A stretch of DNA of 64,000 nt from a virus. Its lineage: Duplodnaviria; Caudoviricetes. Below, one piece after another: positions 32,567 through 41,901 of this stretch. The stretch lies in the IMG/VR virus record IMGVR_UViG_3300046170_000302; one strand, written 5' to 3'. A model generated the notes under the pieces. The model was not told the DNA's origin, did no database searches, and was given only the letters and a program-made list of their open reading frames with translations. Position 1 is the stretch's first letter. Each line of letters opens with the position of its first letter. Made by a program: the position numbers and the translations under genes.

Positions 32567-34633
32567 ATGGTAAACTACGAGATCAAGTCACAACTAGCAA
32601 AACTCCTGGCTACTGAGGATCTTATAGTTGAGAACCGTAATGCTCAAACTGCATCCTTTGATGTTGAGAACAGGGTATTGACCCTACCAATGTGGGAGAA
32701 AGCATCATCGACTGTTTATGATATGTTGGTTGGTCATGAAGTGGGCCACGCACTCTTTACTCCTGATGATTGGTCTTGGGAAAATAGAGTTCCTCGTTCT
32801 TTCGTGAATGTCACAGAAGATGCTAGGATTGAGAAACTTATGAAACGTAAGTATCCTGGATTGACTAAAACATTTTACAGAGCATATAAAGATCTATCAG
32901 AGGAAGACTTCTTTGAACTGAGTGATGTAGATATCAATGAGATGAACCTGGCTGATCGTATCAATCTAAAGTATAAGATTGGAAACTGGGTTGATGTTCC
33001 ATTCACTGATGAAGAAATGGAATTGGTTGAATTGGTCGGCAAAAGTGAAACCTTTGGAGAAGCAGTATTTGCAGCAGAAGAGGTATATCGATACACTAAA
33101 GAACAACTCAATACACAAACTCCACAACCAAATCTTGAAGAAGTAGTGGAGATACCTCAGGGGAATGGTGAAGAGATTGAGTCTGAGGAAACAGAAGAAT
33201 CTAGTGAACCAACACTTGATACTCCTGAGATGAAGGGTGAGAATCATAGTGAAGGTGATTCGATTCAACAACAACCTCAAGAGGTAGAACCTGAAGTTAC
33301 AACTGACGATATATTTTCAGAGAATGTATCTGAGTTAAATCGTCCATCAGATCTAACAGGTGGCAACTCTTACTATCAGATTCCTAAGTTGAACTACGAT
33401 GATGTTGTTGTTCCCAACTCTGAGATTCATGAGTTGATTGATGCATTTTGGAGAACTTATGAAGATGATGTGTTTAAAGAAGCAGACAGTGATTACTCCA
33501 AGTTCAAGAAGTCGGCACAGAAAGAAGTCAACTATCTTGTAAAAGAGTTTGAGTGTAAGAAGTCAGCTGACTCATACGCTAGAACCACTACTTCAAGAAC
33601 TGGTGTTCTGGATTGTACTAAACTTCACACCTACAAATACAATGAAGATCTCTTCAAGAAAGTATCTGTAGTTCCTGATGGAAAGAATCACGGTCTAGTC
33701 TTCATTCTTGATTGGTCTGGATCTATGTGTGATTCTCTTCTTGATACAATCAAACAACTCTATAACTTGGTCTGGTTCTGTAGTAAGGTCAATATCCCTT
33801 TTGATGTCTATGCTTTCAGTAACACATACAATCGTGGACAACAAGAGTCTAAGTTTCATAATGAAGTAGAGAAAGGTAATTTTGTAGTTGGTGGTGATTT
33901 TAAGTTGATGCACTTCTTGAGTAGCAAGGTAAACAAGAAAACACTTGATAATCAACTACTTAACATCTGGAGAGTTTCACGTCAGTTCCGAGTTTACTCA
34001 CCCTACCATGCTCCATTACAGGTATCTCTTTCTGGTACACCTCTGAATGAATCACTGGTAGCTTTACATACTATTCTTCCTAAGTTCAAAAGAGAGAATC
34101 AACTCCAAAAAGTTCAGTGTGTGATTCTCACTGATGGTGAAGCACATCAACTTTACTACTTTGATTACTACACTGGATACTATGACAAAAAGGAACATTT
34201 AGCTCCTCGTCAGTGTAGAGGTATAAAAGGTTATCTTCGTAATCGTAAGACTGGATACACCTATCAGATTGGTTATCAGTATTGGGATTTTACTGACATA
34301 CTTCTCAAAGATCTCAAACAATCTTTTCCTGATACGAACTTTATTGGTATTCGACTCGTAGCTCCCCGTGACTTTGCTACCTTCCTTAGAAGGTACGGTT
34401 TCCTAAGTGAACTAGACCTAAAGAAAGCTCGTAAGGAGAAGAGTTATAATATTACAGGGTCTGGATATGATGCATACTTTGCAATGATCCAGAACGCTCT
34501 ATCCTCAGATACAGAGTTTGAGGTTGAAGATGAGGCAAGTAAGACTAGAATCAAATCAGCATTCATGAAGTCACTCAAAGCTAAGACTCTAAATAAAAAG
34601 GTTCTTAGTAAGTTCATGGATTTGGTTTGTTAA
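32567..34633 (+). CDS. CobT-like protein with N-terminal HExxH motif and C-terminal vWA domain
   Basis: HEVGH, acidic linker, MIDAS DWSGS, LSGTPL, LTDGE; adjacent to a MoxR-type ATPase. Confidence 0.8.
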   Translation: MVNYEIKSQLAKLLATEDLIVENRNAQTASFDVENRVLTLPMWEKASSTVYDMLVGHEVGHALFTPDDWSWENRVPRSFVNVTEDARIEKLMKRKYPGLTKTFYRAYKDLSEEDFFELSDVDINEMNLADRINLKYKIGNWVDVPFTDEEMELVELVGKSETFGEAVFAAEEVYRYTKEQLNTQTPQPNLEEVVEIPQGNGEEIESEETEESSEPTLDTPEMKGENHSEGDSIQQQPQEVEPEVTTDDIFSENVSELNRPSDLTGGNSYYQIPKLNYDDVVVPNSEIHELIDAFWRTYEDDVFKEADSDYSKFKKSAQKEVNYLVKEFECKKSADSYARTTTSRTGVLDCTKLHTYKYNEDLFKKVSVVPDGKNHGLVFILDWSGSMCDSLLDTIKQLYNLVWFCSKVNIPFDVYAFSNTYNRGQQESKFHNEVEKGNFVVGGDFKLMHFLSSKVNKKTLDNQLLNIWRVSRQFRVYSPYHAPLQVSLSGTPLNESLVALHTILPKFKRENQLQKVQCVILTDGEAHQLYYFDYYTGYYDKKEHLAPRQCRGIKGYLRNRKTGYTYQIGYQYWDFTDILLKDLKQSFPDTNFIGIRLVAPRDFATFLRRYGFLSELDLKKARKEKSYNITGSGYDAYFAMIQNALSSDTEFEVEDEASKTRIKSAFMKSLKAKTLNKKVLSKFMDLVC

Positions 34634-34655
34634 TGTTACTCACCTCCAAATTGCT
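34634..34655 (+). promoter_or_regulatory. 22-bp motif, copy 2
   Basis: TGTTACTCACCTCCAAATTGCT; ends 24 nt before the next ATG versus 23 nt for copy 1. Confidence 0.55.
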
Positions 34656-34679
34656 CAATTACTGAAGAACCTTATTATC

Positions 34680-35774
34680 ATGTCTCTGTCTACTGAATAC
34701 ATTGTTGAATCTCTCCAATCACTTTACGGTGAATCCGTAACTACTGGTGATATTAGAGCCTGGTGTGCAATGAATGGTTGTTCCTATCCAACTGTAACTA
34801 AAAAAATCTCTGACTATAAGTCAGGTCGTGGTAAGTGGGAACTTAGTGTTCAAGAAATCAAAGAAGAACTAGAAGAAACATATACAGCACCATCGGTAGA
34901 AAACCACATCGAGCAAGATCTAGTCCCAGCAAAAGATGATACCTTCGTCCAGTTTGGTAACTTTGTTGATATTAAAAAGATTATTAAGTCCGGTCTATTC
35001 TATCCAACGTTCATTACGGGTCTTTCGGGTAACGGTAAGACGTTGGGTGTCGAACAGGCTTGTGCGGTTCTCAAGAGGGAGTTGATTCGTGTCAACATTA
35101 CTATCGAGACTGATGAAGATGATCTTATTGGTGGGTTCCGTCTTGTTAATGGCGAAACTGTTTGGCATAACGGTCCAGTCATCGAAGCTCTTCAACGTGG
35201 AGCAGTATTACTTCTAGATGAGGTTGACCTAGCATCTAATAAGATCCTGTGTCTTCAATCTATTCTGGAGGGTAAAGGTGTATTCCTCAAGAAGATTGGT
35301 AAGTTCATTCAACCCAAAGATGGTTTCACTGTTATCGCAACAGCAAACACCAAGGGTAAGGGTTCTGAAGATGGTAGGTTTATCGGCACTAACGTTCTCA
35401 ACGAAGCCTTTCTAGAGAGGTTCTGTGTGACCTTCGAACAGGAATATCCTACTCCTGTAGTAGAAACTAAGATCCTAGGTCACTTGTGTGATGATAAGAA
35501 GTTCTGTAAGCACCTGGCTGATTGGGCTGATATCATCCGTAAGACCTTCAATGAAGGTGGTATTGATGAGATTATCAGCACCCGTCGTTTGGTTCACATC
35601 GTCAAAGCGTATTCAATCTTTGAAGATAAGACCAAGGCTATTGGAGTTTGTCTCAATCGTTTCGATGATGAGACTAAACAATCTTTCATCGAACTTTATG
35701 ATAAGGTTGATGTAGAATTCCAAATGAATGAACTGGAAGATCAAATGTATGTTGAAGAAACCCCTGAATTCTGA
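34680..35774 (+). CDS. cobS: CobS-like MoxR AAA+ ATPase
   Basis: GLSGNGKT Walker A, LLLDE Walker B, ATANTKG, NEAFLERF, ISTRRL. Confidence 0.85.
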   Translation: MSLSTEYIVESLQSLYGESVTTGDIRAWCAMNGCSYPTVTKKISDYKSGRGKWELSVQEIKEELEETYTAPSVENHIEQDLVPAKDDTFVQFGNFVDIKKIIKSGLFYPTFITGLSGNGKTLGVEQACAVLKRELIRVNITIETDEDDLIGGFRLVNGETVWHNGPVIEALQRGAVLLLDEVDLASNKILCLQSILEGKGVFLKKIGKFIQPKDGFTVIATANTKGKGSEDGRFIGTNVLNEAFLERFCVTFEQEYPTPVVETKILGHLCDDKKFCKHLADWADIIRKTFNEGGIDEIISTRRLVHIVKAYSIFEDKTKAIGVCLNRFDDETKQSFIELYDKVDVEFQMNELEDQMYVEETPEF

Positions 35775-35785
35775 TATACTAAATT

Positions 35786-36322
35786 ATGAACGCATGGTCG
35801 CTACTTTATGAGGAACTTGACATGAGTAAAAACATTAAAGAAGGAGATCCCCAAGATTTCTGGTATGAAGATGGTATCAGTCTTGTAGGAAATCCATACA
35901 TCACTGGTCCACTTTCAAGTGATACTATTAACTTTTCATCAACTGTTATTGGTGGTGGTATCCTAGGAGGAGAGGGTGAGGATCACATCAGTTTTGATGG
36001 TCCAGTTAGTATCCCTGACTTCCCCACAACAAAGACTAGATGGAAGTATGATGAGGAAAAGATCCTCTCAGAGTTGTCCGATTATATTTCTGGTACATAT
36101 AACCAACATTATTCTGCTGGTACTGATAAGGTACAGACACTTGATCTCATTGAAGCCTGTGGTGACGGTGAATCATTCTGTCGATCTAACATCCTAAAGT
36201 ATGCCTCTCGATATGATAAGAAAGGTACAGCACGACGTGACATTATGAAGATCCTGCATTATGCTGTTCTTCTGTTACACTTCAACGACAAAAACGCACA
36301 ACGAGAAACCTATCCTCAATGA
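35786..36322 (+). CDS. Hypothetical protein with DUF3310-like C-terminal domain
   Basis: QHY..TLDLIE..FCRSNILKYASRYDKKG..DIMKILHY pattern. Confidence 0.65.
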   Translation: MNAWSLLYEELDMSKNIKEGDPQDFWYEDGISLVGNPYITGPLSSDTINFSSTVIGGGILGGEGEDHISFDGPVSIPDFPTTKTRWKYDEEKILSELSDYISGTYNQHYSAGTDKVQTLDLIEACGDGESFCRSNILKYASRYDKKGTARRDIMKILHYAVLLLHFNDKNAQRETYPQ

Positions 36323-36991
36323 CAATGAAACTTTCTGAATCAACCGTTAATCTTCTCAAGAACTTTAGTTCTATCAATCAATCTATCCTGTTCAAGGAAG
36401 GAACTAAACTTCGTACTATTTCAGTGATGAAGAACATTCTGGTTGAAGCAAATGTATCTGAAGAGTTTCCACGGGACTTTGGTATCTACGATCTCAATCA
36501 GTTCCTCAATGGTTTGTCTCTTCACGCTAACGCTGAACTGAACTTTGATAATCAGGAATATGTCCTGATCAAAGAAGGTCGTATGAGGAGTAAGTATTTC
36601 TTCGCTGATCCTTCTGTGATTGTTGCACCTCCTGAGAAAGAGATCACTCTTCCTTCTGAGGATGTTATCCTTTGAACTCACATCACAACAACTGGAGAAA
36701 CTGAAGAAAGCTTCTTCTGTTTATCAACTCCCTGATGTATCTGTGATTGGTGAGGCTGGTGTAATCAAACTGGTTGCACGAGATAAGAAGAATGACACAT
36801 CAAACAACTTTGAGATTGTTGTTGGTGAGACTGAAGATGAGTTCACATTCAACTTCAAAGAAGAGAATCTGAAGATTGTTCCTGGTAACTATGATGTTAC
36901 AGTATCTTCCAAACTCCTTTCCAAGTTCGTCAATCAGAACATCGACGTAGTATACTACATTGCATTGGAACCTGATTCTACCTTTGGCTGA
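36319..36991 (+). CDS. g45: Sliding clamp gp45 (frameshift near 36670)
   Basis: LLKNFSSINQSIL, FGIYDLNQFL, ENLKIVPGNY, YYIALE. Confidence 0.93.
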
Positions 36992-37518
36992 TGAACATCT
37001 TTGTTACTGACCCTGACCCTATCAAGTCTGCTCAAGTCCTTCCTGACAAACACATTGTCAAGATGCCACTTGAGACTTGTCAGATGTTGGCTATTGTCTG
37101 TTCTGACAAATGGGGTCATGGGTTTGGTCAACTCCATCGTCAAGATGGTGAACCATACAAGACAGAGAAAGGTGCATTCCGTAACCATCCCTGTACTGTT
37201 TGGGCTAACTCTTTTGTGATGAACTGGCAGTGGCTCCTACACCATGGTCTTGCTCTCTGTGATGAGTACAAGAACCGTTATGGTAAGGAACACACTTGTC
37301 TGCAACCACTACAAGAAGCTCGTATTATTCTCCCTACTGGAGACCCTACAGGACGGTCTGGCAAAGACACCACACCGTTCGTTAGAGCTATGCCTGATGA
37401 GTTCAAACTAGATACTAGTATCTCAACCTTTGATGCATACAAGATGTACATTGGTTCTAAACCGTGGGTATCTGACAACTACCTTCGTATTCCTGATCGT
37501 AAACCTGAATGGGTATGA
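36991..37518 (+). CDS. Pyrimidine-dimer DNA glycosylase / endonuclease V-like protein
   Basis: MNIF..DKHIVKMPLETCQML, NHPCTVW, EYKNRYGKEH. Confidence 0.75.
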   Translation: MNIFVTDPDPIKSAQVLPDKHIVKMPLETCQMLAIVCSDKWGHGFGQLHRQDGEPYKTEKGAFRNHPCTVWANSFVMNWQWLLHHGLALCDEYKNRYGKEHTCLQPLQEARIILPTGDPTGRSGKDTTPFVRAMPDEFKLDTSISTFDAYKMYIGSKPWVSDNYLRIPDRKPEWV

Positions 37519-38207
37519 ATGAAATCTTAAAAGGAAAAGTAAAAACACTTTTCGAAACAGACAATCCTGAAGAAGTGATGATTCGTTATGAGGATTGTGT
37601 AACTGCTGGAAATGGACAGATGGTTGAATACCCAAAGGGAAAGGGTACAGTCTGTTGTTTGATGACAGCAATGTTGTTTGAGTATCTTGAAAGTAACTCA
37701 ATCAGAACACACTTTATTGATTGTCCTTCATTGGATACTATGAGGTGTAAGAAACTAAAGATCGCTCCTGTGGAAGTTATCTGTAGGAACATCGCAGCTG
37801 GTTCTATTGTAAAAACTACAAACATCACTGAGGGTTTCCTTATTCAACCTCCCATCATTGAGTTCTTTCTCAAGGATGATAGTAAGAATGATCCCTTACT
37901 CACACCAGATCGTGTGAAGTTGATGGGTATCGATACAGAACCACTGATTGAAAAGGCTCGCAATGTTAACGATCTGCTACAACCACTCTTCTTATTGTGT
38001 GGTATTGACCTAGTTGACTTTAAACTGGAGTTTGGGTATGACGCCCATGGTGATCTCTTCCTGGCTGATGAACTGTCACCAGACAACATGAGGTTATGGA
38101 GTAAAGACAGAACAGAACGGTTCGATAAGGACTTGTTCCGTAAGGGAGAAGGTGATATAGTAGAAGCCTACAAGATTATTTTGACAAAACTGAGGCAGTT
38201 TGTATGA
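37515..38207 (+). CDS. purC: SAICAR synthetase
   Basis: GKVKTL, VEVICRNIAAGS, LVDFKLEFG, LADELSPDNMRLW, DKDLFR. Confidence 0.93.
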   Translation: MNEILKGKVKTLFETDNPEEVMIRYEDCVTAGNGQMVEYPKGKGTVCCLMTAMLFEYLESNSIRTHFIDCPSLDTMRCKKLKIAPVEVICRNIAAGSIVKTTNITEGFLIQPPIIEFFLKDDSKNDPLLTPDRVKLMGIDTEPLIEKARNVNDLLQPLFLLCGIDLVDFKLEFGYDAHGDLFLADELSPDNMRLWSKDRTERFDKDLFRKGEGDIVEAYKIILTKLRQFV

Positions 38208-39151
38208 GTCGTAATGAATTCGTTTGGGTGGAGAAGTATCGCCCCCAGACTATTGATGATTGTATTCTTCCTGATAACATCAAGAAGACCTTTATTGATT
38301 TCCTAGATAAAGGTGAGGTTCCAAATCTTTTGTTATCGGGACCACCTGGATGTGGTAAAACCACTGTAGCTAAAGCACTTTGTAACCAATTAGGAGTAGA
38401 TGTTTATGTCATCAACGGATCCGATGAGGGGAGATTCCTCGATACTGTCAGAAACAATGCGAAGAATTTCGCTTCGACCGTATCGCTTTCGTCAACTGCT
38501 AAACACAAAGTCATCATCATTGACGAAGCAGATAACACAACCCCTGATGTACAACTTGCCTTACGGGCGTTTACTGAGGAGTTTATTGGCAACTGTCGAT
38601 TCATCTTCACCTGCAACTACAAAAACAAGATCGTTGCTCCCCTCCACTCCCGATGTGCAGTCATCGACTTTGCCATTAGGGGAAAAGAAAGACAGGAACT
38701 TGCAGGTAAGTTCTTCAAAAGACTCCAACAAATCTTGGATCAAGAATCTGTTGGATATGACGCAAAAGTCCTTGCAGAACTTATCAACAAACACTTTCCA
38801 GATTGGAGAAGAGTACTCAACGAAGTTCAAAGGTATTCGGTCGGGGGCAAAATCGACTCAGGAATCCTCGCAAGTTTTTCGGATGTAAAAACTAATGATC
38901 TCTTTAAAAAACTTAAGTCCAAAGACTTCTCGGCAGTTAGGAAGTGGGTTGTTGATAATCTTGATAACGATCCCACTGTATTGCTACGTTCTATATACGA
39001 TGCAATCTACGCCCATCTTGATGGTCCTGGTATCGCTGCCGCTGTACTTATTATTGCGAAGTATCAGTACCAAAGTGGCTTCGTTGCTGACCAAGAAATA
39101 AATATGTTGGCTTGTCTAACTGAAATCATGGTGGAGTGTGAATTCAAATGA
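38204..39151 (+). CDS. g44: Clamp loader large subunit gp44
   Basis: WVEKYRP, GPPGCGKTT, IIDEAD, LHSRC, FPDWRR. Confidence 0.96.
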   Translation: MSRNEFVWVEKYRPQTIDDCILPDNIKKTFIDFLDKGEVPNLLLSGPPGCGKTTVAKALCNQLGVDVYVINGSDEGRFLDTVRNNAKNFASTVSLSSTAKHKVIIIDEADNTTPDVQLALRAFTEEFIGNCRFIFTCNYKNKIVAPLHSRCAVIDFAIRGKERQELAGKFFKRLQQILDQESVGYDAKVLAELINKHFPDWRRVLNEVQRYSVGGKIDSGILASFSDVKTNDLFKKLKSKDFSAVRKWVVDNLDNDPTVLLRSIYDAIYAHLDGPGIAAAVLIIAKYQYQSGFVADQEINMLACLTEIMVECEFK

Positions 39152-39297
39152 GTAAACCCAGACAAAAGAAATCCAGAACTTATTATTACTTCTGGGGTTT
39201 GGCAACAATTGCAGTTGTGACCGGACAAATATATATCGGTAGTGGATATCATTCCATGGCTAATCAAGTCCGTGATTTGGTTGAGGTTGCTAAATGA
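39148..39297 (+). CDS. Small membrane hypothetical protein (probable extra C near 39160)
   Basis: After correction MSKPDKRNPELYYYFWGLATIAVVTGQIYIGSGYHSMANQVRDLVEVAK; ATGA overlaps at both ends. Confidence 0.5.
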   Translation: MSKPRQKKSRTYYYFWGLATIAVVTGQIYIGSGYHSMANQVRDLVEVAK

Positions 39298-39566
39298 AGA
39301 AACTATTAATAGCTTTAGGTGGAGTTCTTTTACTCTCCTCACCCGTAATGGCTCACAGTAAGGGATATCGTTATCATAGTCGTGGTAGTCATAGTCACTG
39401 CCATAATCACTACAAACGTGGATATAGTCATTGTCACTGGCATTCCCATAGACCAGGAAATGGTCACCATGGAAGACAATATATGCATGGTAGAAGACAT
39501 CATGGACATCATAGTCACCGTGATCACTATTATGATGGTGATGACGTTCAAATTATTATTCGTTGA
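39294..39566 (+). CDS. His-rich protein with signal peptide
   Basis: MKKLLIALGGVLLLSSPVMA then 19 His in 70 residues. Confidence 0.7.
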   Translation: MKKLLIALGGVLLLSSPVMAHSKGYRYHSRGSHSHCHNHYKRGYSHCHWHSHRPGNGHHGRQYMHGRRHHGHHSHRDHYYDGDDVQIIIR

Positions 39567-39569
39567 TTT

Positions 39570-39954
39570 ATGGAACTTAAAGATTGGTTGAATTCTCTTA
39601 ACTTTACCTAAAGAGAATCTTTTAGATGATGAACCCCATCTTGCAAAAGAGTATCCACCCTACATTATCAATCGTTGTATGTCTGGACACATGGATTCAG
39701 TCATGTATGCCCAAGAGATGAACAAGTATCACTTCCTTGATAAAGATTTGCAATATAATTTTTATCTAAATACTCTGAGAAAGAGGAAGAGATTCTCTCC
39801 TTGGATTCGGAAGGATAAAGTATCAGATCTTGATTATGTAAAACGTTACTATGGTTATAGTAATGAGAAAGCATCTCAGGTTATGAAGATTTTGACTCCT
39901 GAACAAATTACATACATTAAACAACGACTTGAAACTGGTGGGAGTAAAAAATGA
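39570..39954 (+). CDS. g62: Clamp loader small subunit gp62 (frameshift near 39610)
   Basis: MELKDWLNS..YPPYIINRC..LRKRKRFSPW..YYGYSNEKA. Confidence 0.92.
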
Positions 39955-40412
39955 GTCAAACTACTGAACCTCAGGTTCAATGGTCTCAAGATAAAATGAT
40001 TGAGGTCAGATTGAATGAACCTGATGATTTCCTGAAAGTCCGTGAAACCCTGACTAGAATTGGTGTTGCTTCTCGTAAAGAGAAGAAACTATATCAGTCC
40101 TGTCATATCCTTCATAAGCAAGGTAAGTATTATATCGTTCACTTCAAAGAACTATTTGCTCTTGATGGTAAGTACGCAAACCTTACTATCAATGATGTAC
40201 AACGTAGAAACCGTATCACCAAGCTCCTCTCTGACTGGGGATTGATTGATGTGTGTACAGAGGATGAGATCATTGACATCGCACCACTGAACCAGATTAA
40301 GGTTCTTCCATATAAGGAAAAGAGTGAGTGGGTACTAGAACAGAAGTACAATATCGGATCGAAAAAGAACCAGGGTAGTGAAACCCCACAATACAGAAGG
40401 TCGTTTGAGTAA
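39951..40412 (+). CDS. regA: Translational repressor RegA (unusual C-terminal tail)
   Basis: DDFLKVRETLTRIG, LYQSCHILHKQGKYYIVHFKELFALDG, KYNIG. Confidence 0.93.
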   Translation: MSQTTEPQVQWSQDKMIEVRLNEPDDFLKVRETLTRIGVASRKEKKLYQSCHILHKQGKYYIVHFKELFALDGKYANLTINDVQRRNRITKLLSDWGLIDVCTEDEIIDIAPLNQIKVLPYKEKSEWVLEQKYNIGSKKNQGSETPQYRRSFE

Positions 40413-40944
40413 GGCACAGAAACACCTTTCTACTCTTATCCCAGAACACTGTGTTGTTTTTGTTGCTAAACTAACTGAGCCAGGTGAAGTTTATGGTAAG
40501 AAGTATCCCAGAGGTCATCGTTGGAGAATTGATTCCAACACCCGTGCATTGAATTGGGCTCGAGCTGGGTCTGATGCTATTCCAAAAGATGTCTTTGTGA
40601 TTGAATATTCTTTTGAAGATCCTGATCGAATTCGTAAATCGTATAATACTTTTGACTCTCCTGATAGTGTAGAAAGAAACCAAGAAAAATTATATGGTAT
40701 CATTTCTGGGATGTACTGTTATACTCCACAGTCCTCAAAACTAATTAAGGGACAAATTATCTCTGGTCTCAATAAAGCATGTAATTTTTATTACCCAGAA
40801 ACTTGGAATCAGAATAATGTACCAGCAGCAGAACTTCCTGGACAGGTTGGTGCTTTCCTTGAAGAGCTTAAGACGTTGGATAGTCTAATGAAAAATAGTA
40901 CGGGGTTCAACACCCCCGTTTTTTATGCTATGTGTTATAATTAG
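40378..40944 (+). CDS. Hypothetical protein or gene fragment overlapping the regA end
   Basis: 188 aa ORF with GTG start; RWRIDSNTR resembles a ParB/Srx-like motif; reads through the terminator and promoter. Confidence 0.45.
   Translation: MKPHNTEGRLSKAQKHLSTLIPEHCVVFVAKLTEPGEVYGKKYPRGHRWRIDSNTRALNWARAGSDAIPKDVFVIEYSFEDPDRIRKSYNTFDSPDSVERNQEKLYGIISGMYCYTPQSSKLIKGQIISGLNKACNFYYPETWNQNNVPAAELPGQVGAFLEELKTLDSLMKNSTGFNTPVFYAMCYN
40901..40924 (+). terminator. Intrinsic terminator before hsp20
   Basis: CGGGG-TTCAACAC-CCCCG followed by a T run. Confidence 0.75.
40933..40941 (+). promoter_or_regulatory. Extended -10 promoter for hsp20
   Basis: TGTTATAAT, followed by a GAAA-loop hairpin and AAGGAG RBS. 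Confidence 0.6.
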
Positions 40945-41001
40945 TATGTGGTTGTCGAAAGAGACCACACATTTCAAACTCGCTTACTTAAGGAGTAACA
41001 C

Positions 41002-41445
41002 ATGACTACACTAGCACGCTACAACTCTGCAAACATCAACCAACTGATGGAACGTTTGCAACGAAACACGATCGGTATGGATGATTATTTTGATCGTGTA
41101 TTCAGCTACGAAGCACAAAGCTATCCCCCATATAACCTCGTTCAGGTTTCTGAGGATGAGTCCCGTCTAGAACTGGCTCTAGCAGGTTTCAGTCAGGATG
41201 AGGTAAAGGTCTACACTGAGAAGGGTTATCTGGTTATTGAGGGACAGAAGGAGAGCTCAGACGGACGGGAGTATATCCACCGCGGTCTGGCATCACGTTC
41301 CTTCACTCGTTCCTGGTCTATCTCAGAAGACACTGAAGTCTCTGATGTGAACTTCGAGAATGGTCTTCTGGTAGTAACACTGGCACGAGTGGTTCCTGAG
41401 AACCGTCGCCGTCGTTATCTTATGGGAGGTGGCGATACTAAATAA
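41002..41445 (+). CDS. hsp20: Small heat-shock protein Hsp20
   Basis: YPPYNL, ELALAGF, YIHRGLASRSFTRSW, FENGLL. Confidence 0.95.
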   Translation: MTTLARYNSANINQLMERLQRNTIGMDDYFDRVFSYEAQSYPPYNLVQVSEDESRLELALAGFSQDEVKVYTEKGYLVIEGQKESSDGREYIHRGLASRSFTRSWSISEDTEVSDVNFENGLLVVTLARVVPENRRRRYLMGGGDTK

Positions 41446-41461
41446 TCTATATCGTCGCCGC

Positions 41462-41505
41462 GGGAGGCACCTGGTCAGTAATCAGGTTGCCCTCCCCCTT
41501 TTTTT
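41462..41505 (+). terminator. Long hairpin plus T run after hsp20
   Basis: GGGAGGCACCTG..CAGGTTGCCCTCCC then T7. Confidence 0.75.
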
Positions 41506-41536
41506 GCACTATAATAATAGAGAGATATTATCTAAA

Positions 41537-41901
41537 ATGACTGTAAAAGTAGTATTACTCAAATCAGGTGAAGATATCATCGCTGATGTTGAGGAAATGA
41601 TTGTAGGTGAACCAGCAAGAGTGGTTGGATACTTCTTCAACTATCCTTGTTCTGTGAAAACTCCTAGGTAATGAAGCCTGTGAAAGAACAGAAGGAATCT
41701 CCTTTCAGACTTCGTATCACACCGTGGGCACCACTCTCTAAGGATCAGAAGGTTCCTGTGGTGTCAGATTGGGTCGTTAGTATTATGGAACCCATCGATG
41801 ATCTTCTAGATATGTACACAACAAGTATTAAAGACTATGAACAAAGACAATCTAAAACTACTAGTTCTACCGACGAATCAGATTCTACTGACTCAGATTG
41901 A
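41537..41901 (+). CDS. Conserved hypothetical protein (interrupted near 41660)
   Basis: MTVKVVLLKSGEDIIADV.. then ..PWAPLSKD..DWVVSIMEP. Confidence 0.65.
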
